A stretch of DNA of 64,000 bases, taken from the NCBI RefSeq assembly GCF_006345805.1, contig NC_042997.1:211916001-211980000 (forward strand). The letters are read 5' to 3'. Origin of the DNA: Octopus sinensis (Eukaryota). The position numbers were made by a program, and so were the translations under genes. Every line of letters begins with the position of its first letter. The stretch's first letter is position 1. This document shows positions 12,985-26,260 of the stretch, piece by piece. Under the pieces are notes generated by a model, which worked only from the letters and a program-made list of their open reading frames with translations, was not told the DNA's origin and ran no database searches.

Positions 12985-13230
12985 CATTTTGTGGAGGCAC
13001 CAATTCTCGTTCTAAACAGCCATACAATCTCTGTACTTTTTTGATGTCCAGTTGACTCATTCCAATCCGTTGACCAATACGGACACCTTTCACCTTTGTT
13101 ATTATTGTTGAATACCTGCCGTCAATTGCAAATGCATTGTGTGGGTAATGCATTATGGAATCGTAGTCATATGGAAGGTTGAGAGTGTTGAAGGAAGATG
13201 AGTCGATTTTCCGAAAGTTGGGTCTACGAT
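12985..13230 (-). CDS. Astacin-MAM metalloprotease exon (Met-turn, end of catalytic domain)
   Basis: Acceptor ctcttctctgttgtcag, donor AATG|gtaaaa, phase 1 to 1. Reads (N)RRPNFRK..LPYDYDSIMHYPHNAF..IGQRIGMSQLDIKKVQRLYGC..PPQN. Confidence 0.95.
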
Positions 13231-13379
13231 CTGACAACAGAGAAGAGGAATCCTGTTAATTACATGAAAATAATAGGTTTTGGGACATTTTCTATTAAAA
13301 CTTATTATTATTAAAGCTATTATTAGCAAAGATGTTGTCGTGAGGTTTAATGAGAACAGGTCTCCTCAAGACTCAAGAA

Positions 13380-15320
13380 TCTTTCATTGGATTCTTATAG
13401 AATACAGAATGGCACTTTTTTACAAGAATATTTCTATTATCCTTCAGCTTCTTCAGTAGCATTTTGGATTCTGTGCCAAGGACACCAATTCCCACACCAA
13501 CAATTCTTATCTTAGGCTTCCACAATCTCTTCTCAGTATATTATTATTATTATTATTATTATATTATTATTATTATTATTATTATTATCATATTATTATT
13601 ATTAATTATTATTATTATTATTATTATTATCATCATTATTATTTTCTCTTTATCACAGGTTTTGTTGGAGCTCCTGGAGTCTTGCATGCATTGCAGGCTT
13701 GCTACCTGCAGCCTACGGTACCATGCTATTCATTCTTTTCCTCTATCTAATCCTTTCCTTTTGTAACCATCCTACTGTCCCCAAGGACCCAACAATAATT
13801 GGCACTATCTTCACCTTCTTCATTTTCCATAGCTGGGCTATTTTGTACTTAAGAGGGTTGTATCTATGTATCTATCTTTTCGTCTTCCTGGTTGACTATT
13901 CACGGGTCAAAGGGGCATGCACTGTCAACTGTATAGCACATGGGGTGTATCTTGTTGACCACCATTGGGTCTGGTCCATTATGCTCTGACACCTGATCTG
14001 TTTGGATTGGGAAATTCCAGCAGATTTTGCTAGTCTCTGACTCCACCACTCTTTTTGGTTTGTGCTCATACCACATCTTGTCTCTCTCTCTAGCCTCCAC
14101 TTTTTTGCACAGTTTCCAATGTAGCACTTCCAATACCTGGTCATGTCGCCACAACCTGTAATGGTTTTGAGCAAGTCTATGGCATTTGTTGGCGATATGG
14201 GCAATAGTTGTATCCATGCTATTGCAGATGTGGCACAGCAGAGACACTTGCTCATTCCTAAGGTTGACCCTCCAGTTTGGGGCCAAAGCTTGGTTTTGTG
14301 ATTGTTATTGTTATTATTATAGACATCTTCCAGTATACAATATCGTGAGGTTGTTGATTGAAGATATTGTGTCTACCGGGGGTTTGTACTGTTTGTCAAG
14401 TGACAACAAGGACCTCAGACTGACAGTACTTTACGCAATATGCATCTAATTCCAAGTAATGCCGACTTCTGCAATACACCTAGATTGTAGGGTATTTCTA
14501 AAGTTTTCAGATGGGATGGTATTGAACCCAATACTCCGATGACAATAGGGATAACCTTTATGTTTGACTCTTGTACCTGCCACATCTTAGCAATTTCAAT
14601 TCTCAGCTCTCCATATTTATCCACCTTTTCTCTTTTTTTCACGATGATAAGTTGATCTCCTGGCACTGCCACATCAATTATTGGGCACTCTTGTTTGTCC
14701 CTCCTAAAGGTTTCTATATCCAGCTTTCAGTGCTCTAACACTTTGTCTGGAAATCAAAGTCCCAGAGGATTTTTGCCTTCCCCTTTTCGTCCATTACCTT
14801 TTCCGGTGTATGTTGGTACCAAGCATCCGTAACCTCATATCCACACTTATGGCATAGTAGCCAGTGGAGGTTTTCGGCTACCTTGTCATGTCCACGCTTG
14901 TACTCTTTCTGTGCAAGACTTTCTCAAGCTCTAACAATGTGACTCACGCTTTCGACCTTCTGCAGAGGTCTGAATCACTCGTCTGGTATATATTTTTTTT
15001 CACTGAGTTGCTATTCAATGCCCGGTCCTGGGCCGCAATGATTAGGCTTTCGGTATTTTTGATTAGGTCACCCTTGTTGAGCCACCTCTATGATGCTTCT
15101 TTGTCTTTTAATTTGTTGGTTCCACAGTGGAACTGACCAATTAATCCCATACAGAGTAGGGTTTCTTCTCTCTCGTCGGCTGTTCTTAATCGGAATTCAT
15201 GATTACCCTCAAGTCCATTTTTGTTAACTCCTTCTGCACTAGCAGCATACCGTATCAGGTCTTCTTTGCTGTTTACCAAATATTCTGCCATGCTTCTTCT
15301 TTCACTGTTGATGCCCTTCC
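13380..15320 (-). mobile_element. Mosaic of Dong/R4-like LINE fragments with an internal (TAT)n tract
   Basis: CHIC..AHIANKC zinc-knuckle-like motif, RHDQV..HWKLC, and IPIVIGVLGSIP..LQKSALLG (ORFs 13900-14286 and 14415-14672). Confidence 0.8.
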
Positions 15321-15859
15321 ATGATGCTATTCAGCTCACATCCACCCTTACCTCTCTTCATGTAGAGCCTGTGTAGATTCACCTTAGGGTGGAGCGCACC
15401 ATGCATTGTCATTGACTTCCGCTAAGCATTTTGCCCGATGTCTTATCCGGTGCAGTAACAATTCTACCAGCTCACCACCTTATCATGTTTCTACCATTCC
15501 TACTCCCTCCAATCTTCTTCATAGCCCCTCCTCTTCCCTTTTTACTTGTGTTCACCACTCACTGCATTCATGGCTATCTTCATCTCCATTCATCTGCCAC
15601 TCTCCTCTCACACACTTACTTACCTACCCTCTCACCCTATCCAATTCTCTGGACCGTTTATGTGCAGCCCTTTCTGTAAGTCGAGGCTCTGCTCTGACAC
15701 ATCTCCACCACCAGCTTCTCCCTTTTCTAACTGTTCCTGTCCCTCTACCGTATTTTAACCTCACCCCACCCCACCTGGCTCAAAAGCCCCACTGGCCTGT
15801 CTCCTGCACCTTCTCAGTTAAGAGGTCTTGCCTTGTGGGTCACCTCATTGGTGACCGCA

Positions 15860-16041
15860 TTGGTGATGATAACATGTAAAAAGCACCAAGGACTTCACCC
15901 TGTGAAGTGGTTGGCATTGGGAAAGGTAAACAGCTGTAGAATCCATGGGAAAGAAGTTGATATTGGAAATAGGTGTACTCATGTGGGTGGCCGGTTCCTG
16001 GCAAACTGCCGGCCCATGCCAGCAGGAAAAACAGACATTAA

Positions 16042-16103
<62 letters not shown>

Positions 16104-16830
16104 ATTTATACACACACACACACGAATAAATAAATCTCATCATAATCCTTTAACGTCCTTCTTCCGTATTGGTATCGGTTGAATGGTTTTAAGAGTGTGA
16201 TGTGTGTGAGAATTGCATTGTATTCCAGTGTTAGGTTTGGTATGGTTCTATCTTTCTACGCTCTTCCTGCCTCCAAGCACTTCCAAGGGAGCTGATATTT
16301 GCCGGTGGGTGGATATGGTTTCACCAAACATTGGAAGCGAAAGACACCTTGGCGTGATAGTGATGAGTTTCTTTCAGAAGAAAGATTTGGCAAAAAGGGA
16401 TTCGATGTTGTGTGTAAGAGAGAGGAGACTTTTCTGGTTTGGTCATGAGATGCAGATGGATAAGGAGACTTACTTGAAGAAGTGATGATGGAACTCATGG
16501 AAGAGAGAGATTGAGGGAGACATGGAATGAAGTATTGGAGATGGATTTCAAAAATGGTGAGCCTTAAAAAGGAAATGATAAAGGTCTGAGATATGAGGTG
16601 CTTTGCTGTATTCAGAATCGATGGCCTAAAACCAAGGTGACACGAAAAAAAGCACAGGTGCTGGTGCCACATAAAAAACTTTGGTTTTTGTGTCGCATAA
16701 AAAGTACCTGGAGTTAAGAAGGGCCTCCAGCTGTGGAAACCATGCCAAAACAGACGATGGAACCTGGTGCAACCCCTGGCCTTGCCAGTTTCTGTCAAAC
16801 CATCCAACCCATGCCAACAGATGTTAACTG
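15860..16830 (+). mobile_element. Degraded RTE 3' pieces with a (GAT)n tract at 16042-16103
   Basis: RRLFWFGHEMQMD motif and 3' UTR tail sequences. Confidence 0.6.
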
Positions 16831-16974
16831 ATGATGGTGAAATCCACTCGCAGGGCTTTGGTCGGCCCTGGACTAATGTGGAAGAAACAAGGTGCCACAC
16901 TATGGGACTGAACCCCAAATTGCCTGGCAGAGAAGCAAGGTTCTTAACCATGTTGCCATGCCTATACCTCTATA

Positions 16975-17292
16975 CATATGTGTGTGTATATGGGTGCATA
17001 TAAGTGTATGTATGTATGTATGTATGTATGTATGTATGTATGTATGTGTGTGTGTGTGTATGTATAAGACAGTTTATATCCACAATAAGATGCAGTTTAT
17101 ATAATTATTTATATCGTAAATCAAGTGACATGTAGAAATCTGAGACCATTATGTGTGTGTGGTGTGTGTGTGTGTGTGTGTGTGCTTGTGAGTACTCACA
17201 TATATGCAATGTGCAGCTTTCTGAGATGTAGACTTACATGTGTGATGGGTGTTAATATTGTGTGTGTGCATGTAAATATGATGACATGTGCA

Positions 17293-17346
<54 letters not shown>

Positions 17347-17592
17347 AGTGGCAGGCACTTACAGTGTCTGTGACTATAACTGGTGAAGATACTGGAAACT
17401 GAACACTGATATCTACTCCTACACACACACAAATCACTGTGTGTGTGTGGTGGGGGTAATTTCAAGCACACCATTCATCAGTGTCACATTCCCTCAACCC
17501 ACAAACCCCGTTCGTCTGAAATATATATATATATATATATACATGCACACAGATGTGTCAGCGTGTGTGCTTTATATATATGTATATATAAC

Positions 17593-17624
<32 letters not shown>

Positions 17625-17647
17625 CATACATGTATATATATCATATA

Positions 17648-17693
<46 letters not shown>

Positions 17694-17809
17694 TATATAT
17701 ATATGATACATGTATATATATGATATATATATATGATATATATATATATATATATATATGATACATGTATATATCATATATATATGATACATATATATCA
17801 TATATATAT

Positions 17810-17868
<59 letters not shown>

Positions 17869-18000
17869 GATATATATATGTATCATATATATATATATTA
17901 TATATATTATATATATATTATATATATATATATATATGGATGTATGTATGTATGTATGTATATAACACACACACACACCCATTTACCATTGAGTGTTGTT
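16975..18000. repeat. Compound (TG)n/(TA)n/(TATG)n microsatellite cluster
   Basis: Read directly. Confidence 0.9.
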
Positions 18001-18269
18001 CTCAGAAAGACTGATTCCCTAAAATGTATCTTTTTCGCTTTTCACACTCTTCCCCCTCCCTTACTTCTACAAGAAATCAAAAGAAATGGAAGAGAGAGTG
18101 AGAGAGAGAGAGAGAGAGAGAGTGAGAGGGAAAAAGAGAGAAAGTTGATATCACACAAGTTATATAGTATGTCACAGGGATGGTGGTGGTGGTGGTGGTG
18201 GTGGTGGTGGTGGGTAGGATGGTGTAATTAATCATCATCACCACCAACACCCCCATCCATACCACCACC

Positions 18270-19385
18270 TAGGTGTGTATAATATTATATATGTGTAGGT
18301 GTGTATAATATTATATATGTGTAGGTGTGTATAATATTGTATATGTGTAGGTGTGTATAATATTGCATATATGTAGGTGTGTATAATATTGTATATGTGT
18401 AGGTGTGTATAATATTGTATATGTGTAGGTGTGTATAATATTGCATATATGTAGGTGTGTATAATATTGTATATGTGTAGGGTGTATAATATTGTAGATG
18501 TGTAGGTGTGTATAATATTGCATATATGTAGGTGTGTATAATATTGTATATGTGTAGGTGTGTATATATTGTAGATGTGAGGTGTGTATAATATTGCATA
18601 TATGTAGGTGTGTATAATATTGTATATGTGTAGGGTGTATAAATTTGTAGATGTGTAGGTGTGTATAATATTGCATATATGTAGGTGTGTATAATATTGT
18701 ATATGTGTAGGTGTGTATAATATTGTAGATGTGTAGGTGTGTATAATATTGCATATATGTAGGTGTGTATAATATTGTATATGTGTAGGTGTGTATAATA
18801 TTGTAGATGTGTAGGTGTGTATAATATTGCATATATGTAGGTGTGTATAATATTGTATATGTGTAGGTGTGTATAATATTGTAGATGTGTAGGTGTGTAT
18901 AAATTGCATATATGTAGGTGGGTGTATAATATTGTATATGTGTAGGTGTGTATAATATTGTAGATGTAGGTGTGTTATAATATTGCATATATGTAGTGTG
19001 TAAATATTGTATATGTGTAGGTGTGTATAATATTGTAGATGTGTTAGGTGTGTATAATATTGCATATGTGTAGGTGTATAATACTGTATATGTGTAGGTG
19101 TGTATAATATTGTAGATGTGTAGGTGTGTATAATATTGTAGATGTGTAGGTGTGTATAATATTGCATATATGTAGGTGTGTATAATATTGTATATATACA
19201 GGTGTATATAATATTGTATATGTGTAGGTGTGTATAATATTGCATATATGTAGGTGTGTATAATATTGTATATGTGTAGGTGTGTATAATATTGTATATA
19301 TACAAGTGTATATAATATTGTATATGTGTAGGTGTGTATAATATTGCATATATGTAGGTGTGTATAATATTGCATATATGTAGGT
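18270..19385. repeat. 26-bp minisatellite (AGGTGTGTATAATATTGTATATGTGT), about 43 copies
   Basis: Unit read directly. Three variants are present; further units lie at about 19630-19700, 20465-20495 and 20956-21016. Confidence 0.95.
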
Positions 19386-19387
19386 GT

Positions 19388-19592
19388 CGGGCAAAATGCC
19401 TAGCAGCATTTCATCTGCTGTTATGTTCTGAGTTCAAATCCCGCTGAGGTCGAAATTGCCTTTCATCCTTTCGGGCTTGATTAAATAAGTACCAGTTACA
19501 CACTGGGGTCGATGTAATCAACTTAATCGCTTTGTCTCTCCACGATTGTCCCCTCTATGTTTAGACCCCCCCGTGGGCAATAAAGAAATAAA
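19388..19592 (+). mobile_element. SINE family A, 5'-truncated, inserted in the minisatellite
   Basis: GGGCAAAATGCCTAGC..GAGTTCAAATCC..GGGCAATAAAGAAATA. Confidence 0.75.
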
Positions 19593-19699
19593 TATTGTGT
19601 ATGTATATATATATATATATATATACATGTGTATAATTTTGTATATACGTAGGTGTGTATAATATTGTATATGTGTAGGTGTGTATAATATTGTATATA

Positions 19700-20955
19700 T
19701 GTCATCATCATCATTTAGCGTCCATTTTCCATTGGTTGGACGGTTCGACTGATCTGGAAGTATTTCTACAGCTGGATGCCCTTCCTAACACCAACCACTC
19801 CAAGAATGTAGTGGGTGCTTTTTTTATGTGCCACTGGCACAGGTGCCAGAGGGGTCTGGCATCGACCATGATCAGATGGTGCTTTTTACGTGCCACCGGC
19901 ACGGGGATCACAATTACAATTTACATTTGTTTCTGATGTTGATGTACTTGACTCCACAGGTCTCCTCAAGCACGGCAGGTCACCCTATAATCCAAGGTAC
20001 TTTTGAGTACTGGTTATGCAACACTGGAGTAGATTACAGCTGTGAACTCACTCTATTTGTCGGGTTTTCTCAGTCACAGCATATCCCCAGAGGTCTCTGT
20101 CTTTCGTCATTTCCTCTGTGAGGCCCAACGTTCAAAGGTCTTGCTTCATCACCGAATCCCATGTCTTCCTGGTACCCCTCTACCCTGGATTCTTTCCACT
20201 GTTTGGGAGTGCCACTTCCTCATCCATCCGCAGTACATGACCATACCAGTGCAGTCGTCTCTCTTGCACACTATATCTGATGCTTCTTATGTCCAGCATT
20301 TCTCTCAGGCTGCTTACACTCTGTTGTGTGTGCACACTGACATTACACATCCAGTGGATCATACCAGCTTCATTTCTTTCAAGCCTACGCATGTCCTCAG
20401 CAGTCCTGGCCCACGTTTCACAGCTGTGAAGCATGGCACTTCACACACATGCATCGTACAATCTATATGTAGGTATGTATAATATTGTATTTAATATTTA
20501 AGTCGGTGCTTTCTGAACTTTGCCCAGGCTATTCTTATTCTAGTGGTAACACTCTCTGAGCATCCACCCCCACTACAGACTTGGCCACCTAGGTAGTGGA
20601 AGCTATCAACTACTTCTAGCTTCTCTCCAAGGAGTGTAATGGAATCTGTTCTCTGAGTATCGGTGGTGTCTATTGCCCCTGTGCATCTGCCGCACACGAA
20701 AGCTATCTTCCTGGTTAATCTTCCTTTGATGTTGCTGCACCTTTTATGCGTCCATAGCTTACACTGAGTACATCTTATGGAGTTTCTACCTACACCTTTT
20801 CTACAGATCTAGCAGGGGCCACCTACCTGAAGCGGGGTGTGATGTGTTCGCCTTCCTACTTACTAGAACTTTGGTCTTTGTGACATTGACTCTAAGACCC
20901 TTTGATTCAAAACCTTGCTTCTACACCTGAAATTTCTTCTCTAGTTCTGGTAGGC
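19700..20955 (-). mobile_element. RTE-clade LINE fragment inside the minisatellite
   Basis: ORF 20180-20434 (ETWARTAEDMRRLERNE..RLHWYGHVLRMDE) and ORF 20491-20697. Confidence 0.85.
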
Positions 20956-21016
20956 ATATATAATACTGTATATATGTAGGTGTGTATAATATTGTATATA
21001 TGTAGGTGTATATAAT

Positions 21017-21222
21017 ACTCTCTTTTACTCTTTTACTTGTTTAAGTCATTTGACTGCGGCCATGCTGGAGCACCGCCTTTAGTCGAGCGACTTGACCCCG
21101 GGATTTATTCTTTGTAAGCCCAGTACTTATTCTATCGGTCTCTTTTGCCGAACCGCTAAGTGACGGGGACATAAACACACCAGCATCGGTTGTCAAGCAA
21201 TGCTAGGGGACAAACACACACA

Positions 21223-21270
<48 letters not shown>

Positions 21271-21431
21271 TGCGACGGGCTTCTTTCAGTTTCCGTCTAC
21301 CAAATCCACTCGCAAGGCTTTGGTCGGCCCGAGGCTATAGTAGAAGACACTTGCCCAAGGTGCCACGCAGTGGGACTGAACCCGGAACCATGTGGTTGGT
21401 AAACAAGCTACCTACCACACAGCCACTCCTA
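21017..21431 (-). mobile_element. tRNA-type SINE, family B, full length
   Basis: TAGGAGTGGCTGTGTGGTA head, GGTTCAGTCCC B-box-like motif, internal (TA)n and a (TAAAAGAG)-type tail. Confidence 0.88.
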
Positions 21432-21904
21432 TGTGTCTTTTTTTCCAACAAAAAAGTAACTTTTTTTTTTTAAAACATTTAAAATACTTGTTTGTTCATC
21501 AATTCATTTTACATTATTTCTTCTTTTTGTTTTACAATGATTTACACTGTTCAGTTGTAGTTTTTTTCCACAATTTCATATCCTTACCGTTCTTCAACCT
21601 ATTTCATCATGTTTTACTTCTTCCTCGTACTTTCTTCCTTTTCCCATTCCCATGCTCTTCCAGGACTCCTCTCTGCTGTGGTTCTTTCATCTCTATGCTT
21701 TCGCACTCTTGCTTGTCCGCGCATTCATCCGACTGCACTTTTTCATCCTCCTTCTCTGTATCTTTATCATGCCACTCTAGGCTCTTTCATTCAACCTCCT
21801 CGTCGCTCTGTAATTCCACCTCTCCTTCTGCTATCTCTGTTGATGGTTCCTTTACCGTTTCTATTCTTTGTTGCATTTCCTCCTCCACTCCCTTACTCCT
21901 AAAA

Positions 21905-22860
21905 TCATGACCTTCGATTTTAATCATGACCTTTGAACATTGGGCCTCACAGAGGCAATGACGGGAGACCAAGACCTTTGGAGATACGCTATGATTGAGA
22001 AAACCCAACAGCTAAAGTGAGATTGCAGCCACACACGTCCAACTCTGTTAAGAATATTCCTGATGCATCGGGCGATACGATATGCTTGAAAAGACCTGCT
22101 GAGTCAAGTAAAACGAATATCATGACTATTGGTGCCAAAACCTCGTGCATGGGCATTGCAGGCATTTTTCATGGACAATGGTCAGTTGGTCCAATGATGG
22201 TCTTCTTCAACAAGTTCTTTCTGGCCCCAGCCTGGCAGATTGGAAATTAAAATCATGGAAAAGATGATATCGCCCCAACAACTAGCATTTTCACATTCGA
22301 GTCTTGCAGAACTTTTCAATAATGAATCTCCATAAAATCATTTTGATTGTTGCTGCTTCGTTAGGAAGTTTGCTTCCCAAGCAAATGGGTTTTGGTTCCC
22401 TCTCACAACATGGCTCTTTGGGCAAATGTCTTCGGCTATAGTAAATCGAAGCCATGTGATTGGATTTGCTTGAGGGAAACTGAAAGAAGCCCATCGTATG
22501 TATATGTATGTGTGAAAATGTGTTTGCATAAAAAATCAAGGGAAATTGTAGTTGTGATACCAATGCTGGTGGCACATAAAAGAACCATCCGAATGTGGCT
22601 GTTGCCAGCACTGCCCCGATGGCCTCCGTGCCGGTGGCACGTAAGAAGCACCAACCGATCGTGGCTGTTGCCAGCCTCCCCTGGCACGTAAAAAGCACCC
22701 ACTACACTCACGGAGTGGTTGGCATTAGGAAGAGCATCCAGTTGTAGAAACTCTGCCAGATCAGACTGGACCTGGTGCAGCTTCCTGGCTTCCCAGACCC
22801 GTTGAACCATCCAACCCATGCTAGCATGGAAAGCGGACGTTAAACGATGATGATGATGTG
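21905..22860 (+). mobile_element. RTE-LINE 3' end plus UTR, with a SINE-B head piece inside
   Basis: HDL*TLGLTEAMT motif followed by UTR modules and a (GAT)n tail. Confidence 0.7.
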
Positions 22861-23252
22861 TGAGTGTTGTAAACGAGTGCCACCGCTTTACAACTGATGT
22901 CCTTCATTTCAATCTTCCATGAAAACATGTCTGGTCATGAGGGGGTAACACGTTAATTTACCTGGAAACAGGTGACAGTTGGCGACAGGAAGAGCATCCA
23001 GCCATAGAAAATCTGCCTCAACGAATTCTGTCTGACCCATACAAGCAGGTGTGGCTGTGTGGTATGAATCTTGCGTCCCAACCGCATGGTTCCAGGTTCA
23101 GTCCCACTGCATGGCACCTTGAGCAAGTGTCTTCTACTATAGCTTCATGCTGACTAAAGCCTTCTGAGTGGATTTGGTAGATGGAAACTGAAAGAAGCCT
23201 GCTGCATGTATATATATATAATATATATATATTACATATATTATATATATTA

Positions 23253-23661
23253 TAGGAGTGGCTGTGTGGTAAGTAGCTTGCTAACCAACCACATGGTTCC
23301 GGGTTCAGTCCCACTGCGTGGCATCTTGAGCAAGTATCTTCTGCTATAGCCCTGGGCCGACCAATGCCTTGTGAGTGGATTTGGTAGACGGAAACTGGAA
23401 GAAGCCTGTCGTATATATGTATGTATATATATATGTGTGTGTGTATATGTGTTTGTGTGTCTGTGTTTGTCCCCCTAGCATTGCTTGACAACCGATGCTG
23501 GTGTGTTTACGTCCCCGTAACTTAGCGGTTCGGCAAAAAAAGACCGATAGAATAAGTACTGGGCTTACAAAGAATAAGTCCTGGGGTCGATTTGCTCGAC
23601 TAAAGGCGGTGCTCCAGCATGGCCGCAGTCAAATGACTGAAACAAGTAAAAGAGTAAAGAG
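23253..23661 (+). mobile_element. tRNA-type SINE, family B, full length
   Basis: Inverted near-copy of 21017-21431. Confidence 0.9.
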
Positions 23662-23707
<46 letters not shown>

Positions 23708-23717
23708 GTGTATATAT

Positions 23718-26052
23718 ATTTCCAGCTTGAACTACCATAAGGCAAACTGGAAACAAATTGAGAAAGAGATCCTCAAACAAAACTGGCCTAAATGTCTCTC
23801 CTCGCCAGACATCGACGTGAAACTTCAACAATTCATGTCTGTAATGCAAGCCATATGCTACAAATATGTCCCAGAGAGAAAGGCCACTGTACACAAGAAC
23901 AAAATCCCCAGAGAGAGGAAAATTCTAATGAGACGGCGTACAAAATTTTCAAATCGCCTAAACAAACTGATTGAAAGCAGTGAAAAGTCCCGCCTAAAAA
24001 TAAAACTGTTGGAAATCGAAAAATGTCTGAAACTCTCCCATGAAAAGGAAAGAGCAGACAAAGAAGCCTGGGCTATAGACAACATAAAATCTAACCCCAG
24101 AGCTTTCTACAGGTATGCCAAAGAACAGCTACGGTGCACTGTAGAATAGGGCCACTCCTCGAAAAGGATGGCACACTTACAGGAAAACCAATGAGGGTAA
24201 GTGAAATACTGAATGAGCAATTCAAGAGTGTTTTCACTCCACCCCTTGGGCATCTCCAAATCACCAATCCAACTGACTTTTTTACCACTGCAGATATAAA
24301 ATCAGAGGCGGCGACGATAGATTACATCGATATAAGGAAGACGATGTAATCAAGGCTATAGATGAAATGAAAACAGACTCAGCTACTGGCCCCGATGGAT
24401 TCCCGGCAATCCTCCTAAAAGCATGTAAGAGAGTCCTAGCAAGACCACTGCAGTTCCTCTTTCAGAGCTTCCTTGCAGCTGGCAAACTTCCAAGAAAACT
24501 GAAGGAAGGTAAAATATGCCCCATTCATAAAGGAGGTAGCAGAGCGGAAGCCAAGAACTATAGACCTATCTCTCTGACCTCACACATCAGCAAGGTCATG
24601 GAACGAATAGTCAGAAGGAAGCTGATCACCTTCCTTGAAGAAAATGACTTGCTGCCCGACACCCAACATGGTTTCCGACCAGGGAGAAGCTGTTTAACTC
24701 AGCTCCTACAACACTATGACTGGGTGCTGAAATGGCTGCTCAACCACTCAAATGTGGAAGTGATATATCTCGACTTTGCAAAGGCCTTTGATAAAGTCGA
24801 TCATGGAATGATATGTCACAAACTGCGTGATCTCAACATAGTTGGAAAACTGGGAGAATGGCTTCATGACTTTCTGAAAGATAGAAGTCAGGTGGTAGTG
24901 GCCAATGGGGCCACTTCCATTAACACGCAAATAGTGAGCGGTGTTCCGCAGGCACTGTTCTGGGACCACTACTGTTCATAATGGCCCTCTCAGACATGCC
25001 CTCAGCCACGCAGAGAGCCACGATCACAAGTTATGCAGATGATAAAAAAGTTTCACAGGCAATACAGAACCCTGAGGACACTAAACACCTGCAATGTGAG
25101 CTAGACAAAATATACAAGTGGGCCGAAAAGAATAGCATGCAGTTCAATGCTGAAAAGTTTCAAGCTCTATACTATCAGCATGCAAAACTAAATGCAATAC
25201 CCAATGAATACACTGGACCCGGAGGAATAGCAATCCCAGAGGCACAATCAGTGCGTGACCTAGGTATTTACATGAGTGATGACGCAACCTTTCGTGTACA
25301 TGTTGCTAAATTGGCAATGAAATGTAGACGACTGGCCGGATGGATCCTCAGAACCTTTAGAACAAGAGAACAAGAAACCATGATGGTCCTCTGGAGGACA
25401 CTTGTCCTAAGCCACTTTGACTACTGCTCTCAGTTATGGTCACCATCCAGTGTCAAGTTGATCACAGAGCTCGAGGCGATCCAACGTAGCTACACGAAGA
25501 AGATAGCCTCTATGCAGAATGTAAGCTACTGGGAAAGACTCAGGAAATTAAAATTATATTCCCTGGAGTGTAGGCGGGAAAGATATGCCATAATATACAT
25601 CTGGAAGATCCTGGAGGGAAGTGTCCTGAACTTTGGCATCGAGAGTTACGCAAATGCCAGAACTGGGCGCCACTGCGTGGTGCCTAGGACTCCAAACTTG
25701 CCATCAAGATGTAGGACAAGATTCTGTGATAGCCTGGGCTTCCGAGGCCCACAGCTCTTCAATATCCTCCCGAAGAACCTGAGAGACCTGCATGGGGTGG
25801 ATACAGATGTCTTTAAAATGAAGCTGGATCTCTTCCTGTCAGGTGTCCCAGATGAACCAACTTCACGGCAGGAGGGGCAGATGAGGGCAGCTGCATCGAA
25901 CTCTCTCATGCACCAAATAGCAGCTGCTAGAAAGCCTTCATGAAGTGAAACCAAGTAGCAACACCAAATGGCGGTGCCCCAGCATGGCCACAGCTCATAA
26001 GCTGAAACTGGAAAAATCAAAATCAAAATCAAAATCAATCAAAATCAAAATC
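23718..26052 (+). mobile_element. CR1-clade LINE, 5'-truncated ORF2 (reverse transcriptase) with about 3 frameshifts and an (AAAATC)n tail
   Basis: ATGPDGFP, NYRPISLTSHISKVMERIV, QHGFRPGRSC, YLDFAKAFDKVDH, SGVPQ, YADD and YSLECRRERY motifs in ORFs 24367-24981 and 24981-25943. Confidence 0.95.
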
Positions 26053-26260
26053 ATATACATACACATATGCATGTGTGTATGTGTCTGTTTGTCCTCCACC
26101 ACTGTTTGACAACCGCTGTTGGTGTGTTTACAGCCCCATAACTTAGCAGTTTGGCAAAAGTGACTGATAGAATAAATAACAGGCTTTAATAAGAATAAGT
26201 CCTAGTGTCGATTCATTCTATAATTTCAAAGTGTTGCCCCAGCATGGCCACAGTCTAATG

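Noticed and set aside
1-19385. Regular short repeats (29 bp, 26 bp, 16 bp) as possible CRISPR arrays
   Set aside because: Units are head-to-tail with no unique spacers; eukaryotic context and no cas genes.
18238-19409. 355-aa Y/T/H/I-rich minus-strand ORFs
   Set aside because: Artefact of the 26-bp minisatellite.
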